Assembly: GCA_033763515.1 (NCBI GenBank)
Contig: JANRKJ010000018.1
Span: 67,379 to 131,378 of the forward strand
Direction of reading: 5' to 3'
DNA length: 64,000 nucleotides
From: Terrimicrobiaceae bacterium
GTDB lineage: Bacteria; Verrucomicrobiota; Verrucomicrobiia; Chthoniobacterales; Terrimicrobiaceae
The notes under the pieces are model-generated. The model worked only from the letters and a program-made list of their open reading frames with translations. It had not been told where the DNA came from and did not search any database. Below are positions 63,544 to 64,000 of the stretch, in pieces (position 1 is the stretch's first letter; the number at the start of each line of letters is the position of its first letter). The position numbers were made by a program, and so were the translations under genes.

Positions 63544-64000
63544 GATCGTCGACGCCACCAGACGAACAAGCCGGCCATTGCCGCCACGCCGGGGATGACC
63601 AGCATACTGAAAAATGCAATCCAACCGAGCTGTCGTTCCGTGAGATTCAATGAAAAGTGGGAAACGGCCTTGGGAGCCACCCCGGAGATCCGGGAACGAT
63701 CCAAAAGTGAATTCACTGCGCCGAGGAGAAAATCCAATCCCTGCGGTTTGACGTCGGCGTCCAACGCAAACTGGGAACTCCCGACAACGATGACACGCGA
63801 CGTTTCCACCTCGACGCGATCGTCTTCGAGTCCGCCGCGATCAGCCGCCGCAGCCACCACGAGCGGCTGGCCGTGATCCGTGCCGTCCTGATAACGGACA
63901 CCATCCGGGTTGTTCGGCGCGTAGTCCACTTCGCCCCAGAACTCCTCCGCCGGCTCCAGCAATGCGCGGAGTTGGATTTGTTCCTTGGCAGCGAGTGGTT
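63540..64000 (-). CDS. GldG-like ABC-transporter-associated protein, C-terminal part (5' end outside window)
   Basis: The frame is open to the window edge. RVIVVGSSQFALDA...FLLGAVNSLL, followed by a C-terminal TM helix and WWRRRS, matches the C-terminus of GldG/ABC_transp_aux proteins. Confidence 0.65.
   Translation of the reverse strand, partial: PLAAKEQIQLRALLEPAEEFWGEVDYAPNNPDGVRYQDGTDHGQPLVVAAAADRGGLEDDRVEVETSRVIVVGSSQFALDADVKPQGLDFLLGAVNSLLDRSRISGVAPKAVSHFSLNLTERQLGWIAFFSMLVIPGVAAMAGLFVWWRRRS

Noticed and set aside
1-64000. Search for CRISPR arrays, IS elements/transposases, integrases, prophage genes, toxin-antitoxin pairs or known defence-system genes
   Set aside because: I saw no direct-repeat/spacer arrays, no terminal inverted repeats flanking an ORF, and no DDE, tyrosine or serine recombinase motifs. 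I also saw no nuclease/ATPase gene pairs typical of defence islands. The tRNA at 16973-17047 has no integrase next to it.

Overview
High-GC, very gene-dense chromosomal window with about 57 protein genes and one tRNA. Most gene junctions are under 100 nt and many are 1-10 nt start/stop overlaps. All homology calls come from motif recognition by eye; no searches were run.

Housekeeping genes: yebC-rho, parB, rpsT, tRNA-Met(CAU), nadE, trxA, fumC, nadD-rsfS, cinA, ilvB, alaS, nagZ, a DEAD-box helicase, and an RND efflux pair.

Accessory blocks:
1. A five-gene minus-strand lipid/glycolipid operon (5742-9731): PlsC-type acyltransferase, GT2, NodB-type deacetylase, LpxL-type acyltransferase, LolA-like carrier. 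It matches no pathway I know.
2. A membrane desaturase plus FAD-oxidoreductase plus DUF1365 module (12090-15072) lying 3 nt downstream of an orphan parB.
3. A 1899-aa secreted heparinase-II/III-like protein with many Ig-like repeats, a DNRLRE-like domain, FN3 and an unusual C-terminal module (28084-33783). It is divergent from a XylR-like regulator.
4. A reductive pyrimidine catabolism operon (34591-39852) whose dihydropyrimidine dehydrogenase lacks Fe-S domains and a PreT partner. An unknown gene trails it.
5. A TrhO-RluA tRNA-modification fusion (1665-3464).
6. A PEP-CTERM protein and a CPBP protease.

I found no transposases, integrases, phage genes, CRISPR arrays, rRNA or recognisable defence genes. 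Only 2 of 10 convergent gene junctions carry a hairpin terminator. PEP-CTERM cargo, Pro-rich tail-anchored proteins and giant Ig-repeat proteins suggest a Verrucomicrobiota/PVC-like organism; this is inference only. The best candidate for an undescribed system is the 5742-9731 lipid operon. The parB-linked fatty-acid module and the Fe-S-less pyrimidine reductase operon come next.
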